From Spirochaetales bacterium (GTDB taxonomy: Bacteria > Spirochaetota > Spirochaetia > PWKH01), in NCBI GenBank assembly GCA_021736605.1, contig JAIPFQ010000002.1, positions 1 to 54,139 of the forward strand: a stretch of DNA of 54,139 nt, read 5' to 3'. The notes under the pieces are model-generated. The model made no database searches. It was not told where the DNA came from and saw only the letters and a program-made list of their open reading frames with translations. The first letter of the stretch is position 1. The number at the start of each line of letters is the position of its first letter. The position numbers and the translations under genes were made by a program. Shown one piece after another: positions 43,959 through 54,139 of this stretch.

Positions 43959-45535
43959 GATGAAATCCTGTCTCCATTGAATAGTTTATCAATTCGTTTC
44001 TTGTCCAACTCAATATGCATGTTTTTTTCTTGAGTAGGAATGACAAGTCCTAGTTTTCCGTGTTTTGCACGTCTGAGATGTTTTACTTGCGTCCAGTAAA
44101 GGTCAGCTTTTCCATTAGAACGCCCCTTAGAAAAGAATAATGCCAAATTCCCTGCATCAAGAAGGGTATCTAGAGGTACAGATTTATTTTTCTGATACTT
44201 AATAAAAACATAGCCTCCCGGATAATCTCTTGTATGGAACCAGTAATCATTTCCTCTTGTGAATTTTCTTAAAAGAATATCATTCTCCTTGGCTGTTCTT
44301 CCTAAAAGAATGGTATAGCCTCCGGATGAGAATTGCAAACCCGGAGGGCCGCCGTTATCCTTGTTATCTGAAGACTGCTTGCTCTTTTCACTGCGGTACT
44401 GTGAAATCAGTTCCTGCAGGCCTTGAACAGATTCTTCAAGCTTTTTCAGGGCTTCTTTCTGATGTTTTTCACCAGTTGATGGGGATAAATTCTTATCTTT
44501 GACCAAGTTTTTTCTTTGAGCTTTATCATCTTTTTCAGGTAGTGAAAAGTTTCTGGAATGCAATTCACTAAGCAAAGCCATTTTTTCTCTATCCATCCGT
44601 ATTCTTTTAAGCAGACGTCGGCAGTTTTCAGTCTCCTGATCTATATGCTTACCGGCAGATTTCTGTTTACGGTACTCGCGGTAGAATTTTTCAGTATTTT
44701 CCGAAGGACTCAGGGATGGATCCAGAGGGATCTGAATTTTCCTATTGTCATGATAGAAGTCATCAAGTTCGACGGATGTATCACCTTTTTTAACGCGATA
44801 CAGGTTAGCAGAGAGGAGATCACCCAGCTCCTTTCCGCGATTCGAATGAGAGACTGCTGAAGCTTTTTTTTCCAAACCGGAAAGCTTTTTTAAAAGTTGT
44901 GCTTCTTTGGAGCTTATTAGGGCTGCAGCTTGCTCCAAGAGCTGCTTGCGAGCGTCTTTAAGCTCTTTTATCCGATAGAAATAGTCAATATAGGTATTGA
45001 AGGATGAATAACCAGGATGTTCACGTATGCTGAATCGATCTGGTGAATCTGTATCTTCCTCTGGTGAACGTATCTCAGGATTATATATTGCACCGGATGT
45101 CTCTTCTTTTTTCGGCCTCCTGTAATAGGAATCGATAATTACATGATTTTTATCAGTTACAATGATATTTGAAGCACCGCCCCAGAGACGGATATACAAA
45201 CAATAGGTATCTCCTCCATGATGTATTGTCAGTTTCACGATTCTATCATGAAAAAGGTGGACTGCTTCGGTAATTTTTCCGCCAATAAGTCTGGAGCGGA
45301 GCATTTGGGGAAATCTCTGAAGTTTTTTTTGGTTTTTTTTCTGAAGTACAGCAGTTTCATGAAGACGTGCCCAATTCTGGGAAAGATCAATGTAAAGGAC
45401 ATAACGGCCTTTATCAGGGTGATAGAGGATACATGACATGGAGTGAAAGGTGTTCTGAACAACACCCTGAATGTGAGAACGCTCTAGGGGGAGTTCTTTA
45501 AGAATGAGATCAATTTCTTTCCAATTAAGCGACAT
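43955..45535 (-). CDS. NFACT-family protein (FbpA/RqcH-like, with C-terminal DUF814/NFACT-R)
   Basis: The N-terminus is MSLNWKEIDLILKEL. The C-terminal region is GYTILLGRTAKENDILL...DYWFHTRDYPGGYVFI. The stop overlaps the Memo-like start by 4 nt. Confidence 0.7.
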   Translation of the reverse strand: MSLNWKEIDLILKELPLERSHIQGVVQNTFHSMSCILYHPDKGRYVLYIDLSQNWARLHETAVLQKKNQKKLQRFPQMLRSRLIGGKITEAVHLFHDRIVKLTIHHGGDTYCLYIRLWGGASNIIVTDKNHVIIDSYYRRPKKEETSGAIYNPEIRSPEEDTDSPDRFSIREHPGYSSFNTYIDYFYRIKELKDARKQLLEQAAALISSKEAQLLKKLSGLEKKASAVSHSNRGKELGDLLSANLYRVKKGDTSVELDDFYHDNRKIQIPLDPSLSPSENTEKFYREYRKQKSAGKHIDQETENCRRLLKRIRMDREKMALLSELHSRNFSLPEKDDKAQRKNLVKDKNLSPSTGEKHQKEALKKLEESVQGLQELISQYRSEKSKQSSDNKDNGGPPGLQFSSGGYTILLGRTAKENDILLRKFTRGNDYWFHTRDYPGGYVFIKYQKNKSVPLDTLLDAGNLALFFSKGRSNGKADLYWTQVKHLRRAKHGKLGLVIPTQEKNMHIELDKKRIDKLFNGDRISS

Positions 45536-45605
45536 GTTTATTATCTTACCTTTTTCCGATAACTGAATGATTGTTCTTGGTGAATTAAGTTATTGAAAAA
45601 TGCTT

Positions 45606-46151
45606 TTACTTTAGTTTGAGAGCATCTAAAAATATCTTCTCATCCTTTTCTGAAAAAAAGACAAAGTACACCTTCTCAATATATTCTGCCTCATTCTGCA
45701 AAAATTCTTTTACACTCTGCCATGCTAATCGGGCTGCCCGGTCTTTTGGGAATCCATAAACGCCGGTTGATATAGCAGGAAAAGATACGCTTCTGCACTT
45801 AAGCTCATCCGCTGCAAAGAGTGAATTTTTATAGGCATTCCTTAAAGTTATGTCTTCTTCCTGCTTGCCGCCGTGCCAAACAGGTCCGACGGTATGGATA
45901 ACCCATCTGGCTGGCATTTTCCCTGCTGTAGTTGCCGCTGAAGCTCCGGGAGGAAGACCGTCTCGATACTCATTAGTCCGAATTTTTCTGCAAGCTTCAA
46001 GTATTTCAGGTCCCCCGGCTCGATGGATAGCTCCGTCCACACCACCGCCCCCCAATAGGGTGGAGTTTGCCGCATTAACCACGGCATCCGTTTCCATTTT
46101 TGTGATGTCTGCAACTGTTGAAAAAATCCTATGGCTAAGCAGTTCTTTCAT
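45606..46151 (-). CDS. Macro domain protein (O-acetyl-ADP-ribose deacetylase, YmdB-like)
   Basis: DAVVNAANSTLLGGGGVDGAIHRAGG and SFPAISTGVYGFP are present. Confidence 0.9.
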   Translation of the reverse strand: MKELLSHRIFSTVADITKMETDAVVNAANSTLLGGGGVDGAIHRAGGPEILEACRKIRTNEYRDGLPPGASAATTAGKMPARWVIHTVGPVWHGGKQEEDITLRNAYKNSLFAADELKCRSVSFPAISTGVYGFPKDRAARLAWQSVKEFLQNEAEYIEKVYFVFFSEKDEKIFLDALKLK

Positions 46152-46386
46152 AATTTCATAAACCCCTACTATGAGTATTCCAAATAAGAAATGACGACAT
46201 CGAATACGTATTATTTTCTAAAAAAATGCAGTTTCTCAGTTTACTATCGACGGAAACAGTATAACACGGGAATATGTGCATTTCATCCTTTTGAAGCCTT
46301 GTATGCATATTCTTTTGAATTTTCTTCGTGTATTTAATAAATCAGCACAAGGCTTTGTGCACTCTGAAATTTTTTATATTGACACT

Positions 46387-47754
46387 TTACTGATTTTTCA
46401 GGCAGGAGTATATTTCCGCTGCCATATAAAATGAACCTGTTACAAGAATTCCTTCACTGCTGCTGTATAGAAGCTCTCTGCTTCTCTGTAAAGCTCGGGA
46501 AGGAGAATGTTCAAGAAGGAGAATAGGCGGGGCTGACAGGTGCCCCTCACTTTCAAGATTATGTGAAATCTCAGAAAAAAGATTAAATAACCCCTCAGGG
46601 TCACTTGGTTTGAAACTGCCGGGGGTAGATATAATAATACGATTGAATTCTCTGAGGATTGTCTCAGCCATTCGTGCATGATCCTTTCCTTTAACAGCCC
46701 CGAAAATAATTGCACCTCCGGAAGGATACATGCTGCGATATGATTCAATTATTTTTTCCATGGAACGCTGCGTATGGGCACCGTCTATAATAATCGGGGG
46801 CTCAGTTCCAATCACATCCATTCTTCCAGGAATATCAGCTTCCGATAAGCCCTTCAGCAAAGCCGCTTCTGCCGACTCATCTTTCAGAAAGCCCAGTGTT
46901 TTTATTGTCAGAATCGCAAGCGCTGCATTTTCAGCCTGAAAATTGCCATGAAGCCGTAATCGGAATTTCTGCACATGGCCGGAATTCCAATGAAGACATA
47001 CATCAGTTCCCTGCAAGTGTGTTTTGGATTCACTGTGATACAGATAATCAGTTAATGTAAGCATAGAAGATGCTCGTTTTTCAGCAATTTCAGCAAGAAC
47101 ACGTTTTGCATCCGGATGCTGTGCTGCAGAAAGAACCGGGACCCCATTCTTTATGATACCGCCTTTCTCAGCCGCTATTTCAGCATAGGTAGAGCCGAGA
47201 ATTTGTGTATGCTCCAATTCTATTGGTGTGATTACGGAAATCAATGGAGCTGCAACGTTAGTAGCATCGAGCCGACCGCCTAAACCTGTCTCAATAACAG
47301 CATAATCACATTCTGCCTTCTGAAAGAGAAGAAACCCAAGCAGGGTTAGCAATTCAAAAGTTGTTGGAGATGTGAATCCCTCTTTTTCCGGGAAAGAAAA
47401 AGTTGAAAGTTCATCTACCATGAAATTTATGGTTTCAAGAATCTGCTCTTCAGGAAAGAAAGTACCTGCCAAAGTAAAGCGTTCAAGGTAAGTAGAAACA
47501 TGAGGGGAACTGTAAAGCCCAACGGTAAATCCCATTTTTTCCAAGGCCTTTGCAATAAATATGCAGGTAGACCCTTTCCCCTTAGAACCGGCGGTATGAA
47601 TTACAGGACAGGAACGCTCCGGATTTCCGAAGAAATCGAGAAGCTGATGCATTCGGTCAAGTCTGTACGTCCTGACCGTATAATGCATAGTTTTTTCAAG
47701 ATTTGTGAAGGACTCGATATAAGTAAATGCTTCTTCAATATGTGTAAATTTCAT
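46387..47754 (-). CDS. folC: Folylpolyglutamate synthase / dihydrofolate synthase
   Basis: The P-loop is HTAGSKGKGST. ETGLGGRLDATN is present. I prefer ATG 47754; the track's TTG is at 47763. Confidence 0.85.
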   Translation of the reverse strand: MKFTHIEEAFTYIESFTNLEKTMHYTVRTYRLDRMHQLLDFFGNPERSCPVIHTAGSKGKGSTCIFIAKALEKMGFTVGLYSSPHVSTYLERFTLAGTFFPEEQILETINFMVDELSTFSFPEKEGFTSPTTFELLTLLGFLLFQKAECDYAVIETGLGGRLDATNVAAPLISVITPIELEHTQILGSTYAEIAAEKGGIIKNGVPVLSAAQHPDAKRVLAEIAEKRASSMLTLTDYLYHSESKTHLQGTDVCLHWNSGHVQKFRLRLHGNFQAENAALAILTIKTLGFLKDESAEAALLKGLSEADIPGRMDVIGTEPPIIIDGAHTQRSMEKIIESYRSMYPSGGAIIFGAVKGKDHARMAETILREFNRIIISTPGSFKPSDPEGLFNLFSEISHNLESEGHLSAPPILLLEHSPSRALQRSRELLYSSSEGILVTGSFYMAAEIYSCLKNQ

Positions 47755-48174
47755 AGCTTTCAACTTTAGTACAGCTTAAAATCTTGGTCAATTATCATTT
47801 TCTTCTTTACCAGTATTTTAGGACTGATTTATGATATATCCGCTACTGAAAAGTTTGAACCTATGCAGTAAAGCAATTTATTGATATCAACCATGTAAAA
47901 GTCATAATTTTTATACAGTATTATATTGAGTTTTAACTTGCGCATTCTCATAGAATAAATTACAGTATAATTCAAAGTGTAAATAAAAGATAACTGAAAA
48001 CTGCTGGAGATCAGCGTTTCAGAAAGCTTTATGGCTTTGATTGTTTCTCTTTTCTCCTAAATCAAGTATTGCAGTTTGATTTTTAAGCGTTTTCAAACTT
48101 AACTGATAGATTTAGGAAAATGATTCAGTTTGAATTTAAAAATAAGTGTAATCAAGGCCGCCTGAGGAGGAAAC

Positions 48175-49911
48175 ATGGCAAGAACAAAGGATTCTCTGAC
48201 CCCATGGAAATTTCTGGATGAGTATAAAAAAGATTTTTTCACCGGTGAATGGCCGACTCTGCCGGAAATGTTTAATATTACTGTTGAACGATATCCTGAA
48301 AACAGGTGTTTCACTGCATTTTCTCCGGAGAATTTTGCACTTACCTATAAGGAATCTCAGGATACGATTCTGGAAATATCAAATTACCTGGTTGGGAAAG
48401 GCGTTAAACCTGGTGATAAAGTTGCTGTCACTGGAAAAAACAGTCCTGAATGGGCTTTAGCCTATTTAGCAGTTCTGTATGCTGGTGCTGTGGTTGTTCC
48501 TCTTGATTATCAGCTTACTCCCGAGGAGATGGACAATTTGATGAAATTCTCCTCAGTTAAGATCCTTTTTGTGGATCAGGAAAAAAAAGATTTGGTGGGG
48601 AAGAATACAGAACTTGAGGAGAAAATATGTCTGGAGAAGGGAGGGACTGACTACATTCTAGAAAAACGTCAGAAAAAGTACCTGGACCGTAAAATGCCTG
48701 TAGAGAATGATTTAGCCGCCATTCTTTATACATCAGGAACTACAGGAACTCCGAAAGGTGTTATGCTGACTCATCAGAACCTTGTAAGTGACTGTTACCT
48801 TGCTCAGGCAAATATGAATTTATCTGCCGATGATGTTTTTTATGCTCTCCTGCCTATCCACCATTCATATACGATGCTGGCAGTTTTTATTGAGAGTATT
48901 TCCGTTGGTGCTGAACTGGTCTTTGGTAAAAAATTGGTAATAAAGCAGATATTCAAGGATCTTGAGAAAGGTAAAGTTACTATGTTTCTCGGAGTCCCGA
49001 TGCTTTTCAACAAATTGATAAAGGGTGTTATGAATGGTATAAGGGAGAAGGGGATTCTTGCCTACGGCCTAATTCGTTTTCTCATGAGTATCAGCGGAAC
49101 CATAAAAAAACTTACAGGAAAGAATCCGGGAAAGAAGATGTTCTCTGGAATTTTGAAAAAGATTTCCCTGGACACGAATAGAATTTGTATTTGCGGAGGC
49201 GGCCCTCTTCCGTCTTCAACATTTAAGCTTTTTAACCAGCTTGGAATTGATTTTGTTCAGGGATACGGACTGACTGAAACTTCACCGATTCTAACACTTA
49301 ACCCGATTTATGCATATAAGGAAGCCTCTGTAGGGAAGGTAGTCCCCAGGGTTGAAATGAAAATAATGGACCCGGATGAACGTCAAATTGGTGAAATTGC
49401 TGTGAAAGGACCTATGGTCATGCAGGGATACTACAGGAATAAGGAAGCCACTGAAGAGGTTCTTACCGAGGATCGTTGGTTGTATACAGGAGATGTAGGA
49501 TATCTGGATAGAGAGAACTACCTCTACCTCACAGGAAGAAAGAAGTCTCTTATTGTTACTGAAGGCGGGAAAAATGTATTTCCTGAGGCCATTGAGGATA
49601 TGTTTCAGCTATATGAAGAGATTGATCAGATTCTTGTGCTTGGATATCTTCTTGATAAAAGGCAGAAAACCGAAGGCATTCAGGCCCTTATTTATCCGGA
49701 TGAAGCCTATATGGACAAGATGAAGAAGCAGTACAGCGGAAAGGATTTGGATGAGCAAGTTGAAAAGCGTATGAACGAAATTATTGAAGATGTGAATAAG
49801 CATATGCTCCCCTATAAGCGAATATCCAAAATCCATGTTCTGAAAGAACCGATGGAGATGACCACAACAAAGAAAATCAAGCGCTTTAAGTACGCCCAGG
49901 AATACAAGTAG
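48175..49911 (+). CDS. Long-chain fatty acid--CoA ligase (AMP-forming)
   Basis: The AMP-binding motif ILYTSGTTGTPKGV, GYGLTETS and YTGDVGYLD are present. The RBS GAGGAGG is strong. Confidence 0.85.
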   Translation: MARTKDSLTPWKFLDEYKKDFFTGEWPTLPEMFNITVERYPENRCFTAFSPENFALTYKESQDTILEISNYLVGKGVKPGDKVAVTGKNSPEWALAYLAVLYAGAVVVPLDYQLTPEEMDNLMKFSSVKILFVDQEKKDLVGKNTELEEKICLEKGGTDYILEKRQKKYLDRKMPVENDLAAILYTSGTTGTPKGVMLTHQNLVSDCYLAQANMNLSADDVFYALLPIHHSYTMLAVFIESISVGAELVFGKKLVIKQIFKDLEKGKVTMFLGVPMLFNKLIKGVMNGIREKGILAYGLIRFLMSISGTIKKLTGKNPGKKMFSGILKKISLDTNRICICGGGPLPSSTFKLFNQLGIDFVQGYGLTETSPILTLNPIYAYKEASVGKVVPRVEMKIMDPDERQIGEIAVKGPMVMQGYYRNKEATEEVLTEDRWLYTGDVGYLDRENYLYLTGRKKSLIVTEGGKNVFPEAIEDMFQLYEEIDQILVLGYLLDKRQKTEGIQALIYPDEAYMDKMKKQYSGKDLDEQVEKRMNEIIEDVNKHMLPYKRISKIHVLKEPMEMTTTKKIKRFKYAQEYK

Positions 49912-50151
49912 AAGCGGATAAAACAGTAAATAGAGTTTTTTACAGTCTGCAGCTTTAGTTGTCAGTGAGCCTGAAGCTGTAGGATTAGATATTACTTATT
50001 TACTATATGCCTCCTGAGTACAGATTGAGAATTCGAAAATTCCAAAGGAGACGAAAAATCTGAAGAGCTAATTTGTCTAAATACAGTTCCTCAGAATATT
50101 TTTTATTTATCGGGGATATGAATTCTATCCATTCTATGGTATATATAAGCT

Positions 50152-50451
50152 ATGGATAGTAAAAAGCGGAAAATGCTGGAAAAAAAGGCACACAATTTAA
50201 AACCAGTGGTAATGATTGGGAAAAACGGACTTACAGATGATGTTACAGCGGCGCTTGATGACGCCTTGACTCATCATGAACTGATAAAAGTTAAGTTTAT
50301 TGACTTTAAAGATGAAAAACGAAACATCATGACAAGTATCTCTGAAAAAACTGAATCAGATGTCATCTCTGTAATTGGGAATATTGGAATACTTTTCAGA
50401 CAGAACCGAGATCCCGAAAAAAGAAAAATTACCGGCATATCCTTTAATTAA
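50152..50451 (+). CDS. yhbY: YhbY/CRM-domain RNA-binding protein
   Basis: The sequence reads LEKKAHNLKPVVMIGKNGLTDDVTAALDDALTHHELIKVKF. Confidence 0.85.
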   Translation: MDSKKRKMLEKKAHNLKPVVMIGKNGLTDDVTAALDDALTHHELIKVKFIDFKDEKRNIMTSISEKTESDVISVIGNIGILFRQNRDPEKRKITGISFN

Positions 50452-50520
50452 ATGACACATACATTCATCCGAAAGAACTGCAAAACAATCTTCTGAAATT
50501 TTCAGCCTAAGGAGCGAGGT

Positions 50521-51744
50521 ATGGAGGCTTTTACTTTTTCCAGAATTCCAAAACTGCTTTTCGGGAACGACCGATTGTACGATTTACCAAAGCTAGTAAA
50601 AGAGTCAGGCTGCGACAGAGTAGGAATTATTACCGGCGGCTCCTCTTTGAAAAGCAGCGGGATACTGGACAGTTTAATCAGACTTTTTCAGGATAATGAT
50701 ATTCTTGCAGGACATTTTTCTGTTGAGCATGAACCTTCCCCTGCTGATGTGGATGCTGTGGCTGAGGCCTGCAGAACAAGCGGCCTAAAGTGTATTATTG
50801 GTATAGGCGGCGGTAGTGTAATTGATACCGCTAAAGCAGCTGCTGCCATGATTAATATGGAAGGAAGCGTAAAGGATTATCTTGAAGGTGTCGGCACCAA
50901 AAAGCATCCTGGATCAAGAGTTCCATTGCTAGCTGTTCCGACTACTTCAGGAACAGGTTCGGAAGCAACAAAGAATGCTGTTATCAGTGAAGTTGGCTTG
51001 AATGGTTTCAAGAAATCTCTCAGGCATGATAATTTTATTCCGGATATTGCGGTACTTGATCCCAAACTCATGGTCTCCTGCCCCCCCAGTGTGACTGCGG
51101 CTTCTGGACTTGATGCTATTACACAGCTGCTGGAATCCTATGTTTCCTCAAATGCTTCTATTTTCTCAGATTCCCTGGTTCGGAAAGCTCTGAATGCGGC
51201 GGGTAATAATTTTGAGCTTGTCCTTGCTGATGGAAGTAATCTGAAGGCTCGGGGAGCAATGGCATATGCCGCGTATATTTCTGGTATAAGCTTGGCCAAT
51301 GCGGGCCTGGGAGTAGTACACGGAATAGCAGGAGTTCTCGGCAGTACCATTAATATCCCTCATGGGACTGCTTGCGGCACGCTTCTAGCAGAATCAAGTA
51401 AGATGATTATTGATAAAGCCTTGTCTCAAGGGAAAATTGAGGCGTACAGAAAATACGCTGATGCCGGATTAGCCCTCATGGGCAGCGGAGAAGCTGCGGT
51501 TTACGATTCCGGCGATGTCTGGAATAACAAGGCCGAAAACTCGAATGAACAGATTAGCCGGGGTATAGATTATCTACTGGAAAGGCTATATTCCTGGCAG
51601 GAACTTCTTGAAAAACCGCGGCTGTCAGATTTCGGACTGGAAGCAGATGCCATCGAGGTCGTGGCAAGAAAAAGCGGTACAAAAAACACGCCAGTCAAAC
51701 TCGACCCCGAAGACATCATCAAAATTCTAGAAATACGCTTCTAA
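50521..51744 (+). CDS. Iron-containing (group III) alcohol dehydrogenase family protein
   Basis: GIGGGSVIDTAKA and PTTSGTGSEATKNAV are present, with His-rich metal-site regions (VVHGIAG, IPHGTACG). AAGGAG RBS. Confidence 0.85.
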   Translation: MEAFTFSRIPKLLFGNDRLYDLPKLVKESGCDRVGIITGGSSLKSSGILDSLIRLFQDNDILAGHFSVEHEPSPADVDAVAEACRTSGLKCIIGIGGGSVIDTAKAAAAMINMEGSVKDYLEGVGTKKHPGSRVPLLAVPTTSGTGSEATKNAVISEVGLNGFKKSLRHDNFIPDIAVLDPKLMVSCPPSVTAASGLDAITQLLESYVSSNASIFSDSLVRKALNAAGNNFELVLADGSNLKARGAMAYAAYISGISLANAGLGVVHGIAGVLGSTINIPHGTACGTLLAESSKMIIDKALSQGKIEAYRKYADAGLALMGSGEAAVYDSGDVWNNKAENSNEQISRGIDYLLERLYSWQELLEKPRLSDFGLEADAIEVVARKSGTKNTPVKLDPEDIIKILEIRF

Positions 51745-51768
51745 AATAGAATGTTTCTGGTCAAAATT

Positions 51769-52809
51769 TTACATAGATCGCGGCCTCATAGAGAATAAGT
51801 CCAGTACATCCCCATTCCTGTACTGAAATGTCTTTACAGCTGAGCCGTTTCCAAGAGTGATTTCTAAACGCAGGTAGTCTTCAGAATCTTCATAAGAACC
51901 CCAAAGAAGCCTGCATAGGTTTTTAAAATCCTCTGAATCCTCTGTTCCTTTTGAATCGTAATATCTTGATGATACTCTATCCATGATTTGTTCATAATGG
52001 GACCCGGATATAGTTGTATCGATATCCTTAACTTTCAAAGAAAAAGCAATTTGGCTATATTCATAGTTGCCGTCTATTTTTTCAGCGATGGAGGCTGCAA
52101 GGCTGAGGTCAGTCTCCATAAATACATCTACGCTGTTATCATTTCCGTTATATCTAATTGATGAGATAAGGCGGGAATTATCCTTGTACTCTGCCATCTG
52201 CATCTCATCAGCGTTAAAGAAGGATGCTTGAAGATCTGTATAGTGCGAGAAACCCAAATCGGCTTCAGAATTGCTTATTATGGAGTCTAAAGAACTTTCG
52301 GAAGAAGTGCTGCCATCACTCTGCAAGGCATGTATGATATCTTGAAAAAAGTCTCCATTATTTGCTGCGGCGCCTTGTAAGGATATATGATACTCATCTA
52401 TCATCGCATCAGCGTATCCTCCGTCAATGCTCAAGGGACTTACAATAAATTCTTCATCAATGACAGCCATTTCTGCACTGGCTTTCGCGCTGATGCTTCT
52501 CTGCGGACTGAAGCCATATGCATCATAGATACTCCTGTATGTGACGGTGCTATATCCAAGCAGCTCAGAAATGACGGCATTAAATTCATATGCCATATCA
52601 TCTTCCGTCATATTGTTTATTTCATCATCAGGAATTGCCGGGTCATAGTCTAAGTCCTCCAGATCTTCAATAGAAACAGTACCTGCAGAATCAGGTATTT
52701 CTGAATTTACAAATAAAGCTGATTCGTTTTGATCCTCATTAAACAGATTACAGCCAGCTAATACGGCTGTTAAAACAAAAGCAAGTAATAACTGATTTAG
52801 CTTTCTCAT
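51769..52809 (-). CDS. Hypothetical acidic lipoprotein
   Basis: ATG 52809 is preceded by AAGGAGAGG and gives MRKLNQLLLAFVLTAVLAGC (lipobox). The track's upstream start at 52902 is unlikely. No family was recognised. Confidence 0.6.
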   Translation of the reverse strand: MRKLNQLLLAFVLTAVLAGCNLFNEDQNESALFVNSEIPDSAGTVSIEDLEDLDYDPAIPDDEINNMTEDDMAYEFNAVISELLGYSTVTYRSIYDAYGFSPQRSISAKASAEMAVIDEEFIVSPLSIDGGYADAMIDEYHISLQGAAANNGDFFQDIIHALQSDGSTSSESSLDSIISNSEADLGFSHYTDLQASFFNADEMQMAEYKDNSRLISSIRYNGNDNSVDVFMETDLSLAASIAEKIDGNYEYSQIAFSLKVKDIDTTISGSHYEQIMDRVSSRYYDSKGTEDSEDFKNLCRLLWGSYEDSEDYLRLEITLGNGSAVKTFQYRNGDVLDLFSMRPRSM

Positions 52810-52973
52810 TTTACTATCCTCTCCTTCAATAAAAAGTTTATGTGAACAGCCTAAAATAGATTGTTTTATATGTCTACAAGTTTTCCTAGATTGATTTTTC
52901 ATTCAGTTAGGATTGGGATGTATGGGAATTTAAATTAAGAAAGATTGTTAAAAGTTTTGTAATAACCCGTTAT

Positions 52974-53004
52974 AATAAAAAAACGGGACATCAATTTGTC
53001 CCGT
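52974..53004 (-). terminator. Intrinsic terminator of pfp
   Basis: An 8-bp stem pairs acgggaca with tgtcccgt (52983-52990 / 52997-53004). On the minus strand a run of 9 T (52974-52982) follows. Confidence 0.75.
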
Positions 53005-53057
53005 CTTAAATAAAAACAAACATGAAAATTATTCACAAACGGTTATACATAGATATA

Positions 53058-54139
53058 CTATGATTGTTCCAGTTTCAAAGTGATGGTCGGCTGGTTGCAG
53101 ACTTCATCAGGTCCGTAATATTGAATAGCTCCCGGGAAAACAAAAGCTGTTGTCCGAGCCCACTCTTCACGATGTGATGCGAAGGTCTTAAATGGTGCAG
53201 AATCCAGTTCAACCAAGGCTTTTTTGATTACTGGTTTTTTCTTTCCATGACGCTGTTCAAGATTCATCATCATGGTGATGGGAATTCCGCCGGCTCTCCA
53301 TTCCTCAGCAGGAGCAGAGAGATTTGTTACAGATGAGATATATCCCGTCAGTCCTGAAGCTATCAGCATAAAAGCATTGTAGCCTAGGGAATAGCAGTAG
53401 TCAGCATCAAAGTTTGAAGGGAAGGCGCATCGTCCCTCATAGCCGAAAAAGTGATGCTGGGTACTGAATTTACCAGTGTAATTACCATTTTCATGTAGAG
53501 CATCCAGTTTTTCTGTAACCATTTCAATAAGCAGTTTTTCAGTCTCAATCCGAGAGACCTGCACGTTGCCATGGGGGTCTCTATCCATTAAAAGCTGCAT
53601 CTGGATATTCTGAGGCAGGGAGGAAAATACTTTCCTGTCTTCACCCTGCAGTTTCTCAGTTACCCATTCAATTTTTTCAACAGAAGTCTTCAGTTGAGAA
53701 AATGCATTCGCATGTTCTGCCAAGAGGTCATTCAGGTCGCCGATAAGGATATTCATCTCAGGGATGAATTCGATCAGCCCTTCTGGAACCAGTACAACAC
53801 CAAAATTCTCTCCCTGTCTGCTGCGGTGTACAACCTTTTCAACAAGGTCATCCACAATCTGAGCAAGTGTCTGCTTCTTCTCAGCGACTTCCTCAGAAAT
53901 GATTGCTGCAGTAGGCTGGGTCTGCAGAGCGCATTCCAAACAGATATGTGAAGCGCTGCGCCCCATCAGTTTAATAAAATGCCAGTATTTTTTTGCAGAA
54001 TTTGCATCCCTTTCAATATTACCAATCAATTCAGAATAGGTTTTTACAGCCGTATCAAAACCGAAAGAGACCTCAATATGCTCATTCTTTAAATCACCAT
54101 CAATCGTTTTAGGCGCCCCAATAACCGCAATACCTGCAT
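53058..54139 (-). CDS. pfp: Pyrophosphate--fructose-6-phosphate 1-phosphotransferase (PPi-PFK); the 5' end lies beyond the right edge
   Basis: Extending the ORF to the window edge gives [30 protein letters not shown]... (PKTIDGD motif). [15 protein letters not shown] follows. Confidence 0.85.
   Translation of the reverse strand, partial: AGIAVIGAPKTIDGDLKNEHIEVSFGFDTAVKTYSELIGNIERDANSAKKYWHFIKLMGRSASHICLECALQTQPTAAIISEEVAEKKQTLAQIVDDLVEKVVHRSRQGENFGVVLVPEGLIEFIPEMNILIGDLNDLLAEHANAFSQLKTSVEKIEWVTEKLQGEDRKVFSSLPQNIQMQLLMDRDPHGNVQVSRIETEKLLIEMVTEKLDALHENGNYTGKFSTQHHFFGYEGRCAFPSNFDADYCYSLGYNAFMLIASGLTGYISSVTNLSAPAEEWRAGGIPITMMMNLEQRHGKKKPVIKKALVELDSAPFKTFASHREEWARTTAFVFPGAIQYYGPDEVCNQPTITLKLEQS

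Overview
This 54.1-kb window is AT-rich, densely coding chromosomal DNA. The protein set suggests a Treponema-like spirochaete: PPi-dependent phosphofructokinase, ApbE/Ftp-type flavin transferase lipoprotein, relaxed lipoboxes, UPF0164/FadL-like outer-membrane barrel, Cys-less TopA C-terminal repeats. That assignment is an inference from family recognition, not a search result. I support about 46 CDS and one tRNA-Asp(GTC), plus several intrinsic terminators, promoter-like sites and short tandem repeats. I saw no rRNA, CRISPR array, transposase, integrase or phage genes.

Most genes are housekeeping: topA, mnmA, cysE-like, trpS, murC, yicC, cmk, rpoZ, miaA, folC, pfp and others.

The most system-like part is 26.1-34.7 kb. 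It is a flavinylation and quinone-linked cluster made of these genes:
- a three-module FMN-bind-like lipoprotein with a non-canonical D-x-I-[AS]-G-V-S motif
- a NusG_II protein
- a Gx-transporter fused to an EcfT-like domain
- an ApbE lipoprotein
- an NDH-2 fused to a DoxX-like domain
- a polyprenyl synthase
- an adjacent outer-membrane barrel gene

It resembles the Listeria flavin-based extracellular electron transfer locus but is not identical to it.

Other items worth a second look:
- two candidate structured RNAs: a promoter-to-terminator three-way-junction element at 15.06-15.17 kb, and a G+C-rich nested-helix element at 25.83-25.97 kb
- a perfect (GTAATCAG)6 microsatellite
- 11-bp phased repeats upstream of a GGDEF gene
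- an orphan TrpR-like/trpB operon with clustered GTAACAT half-sites
- a putative sugar-salvage cluster of transporter, APH-fold kinase, phosphohexomutase and hexokinase
- two in-frame 15-bp tandem repeats inside enzymes

All functional calls rest on motifs I read in the translations. No database search was run.
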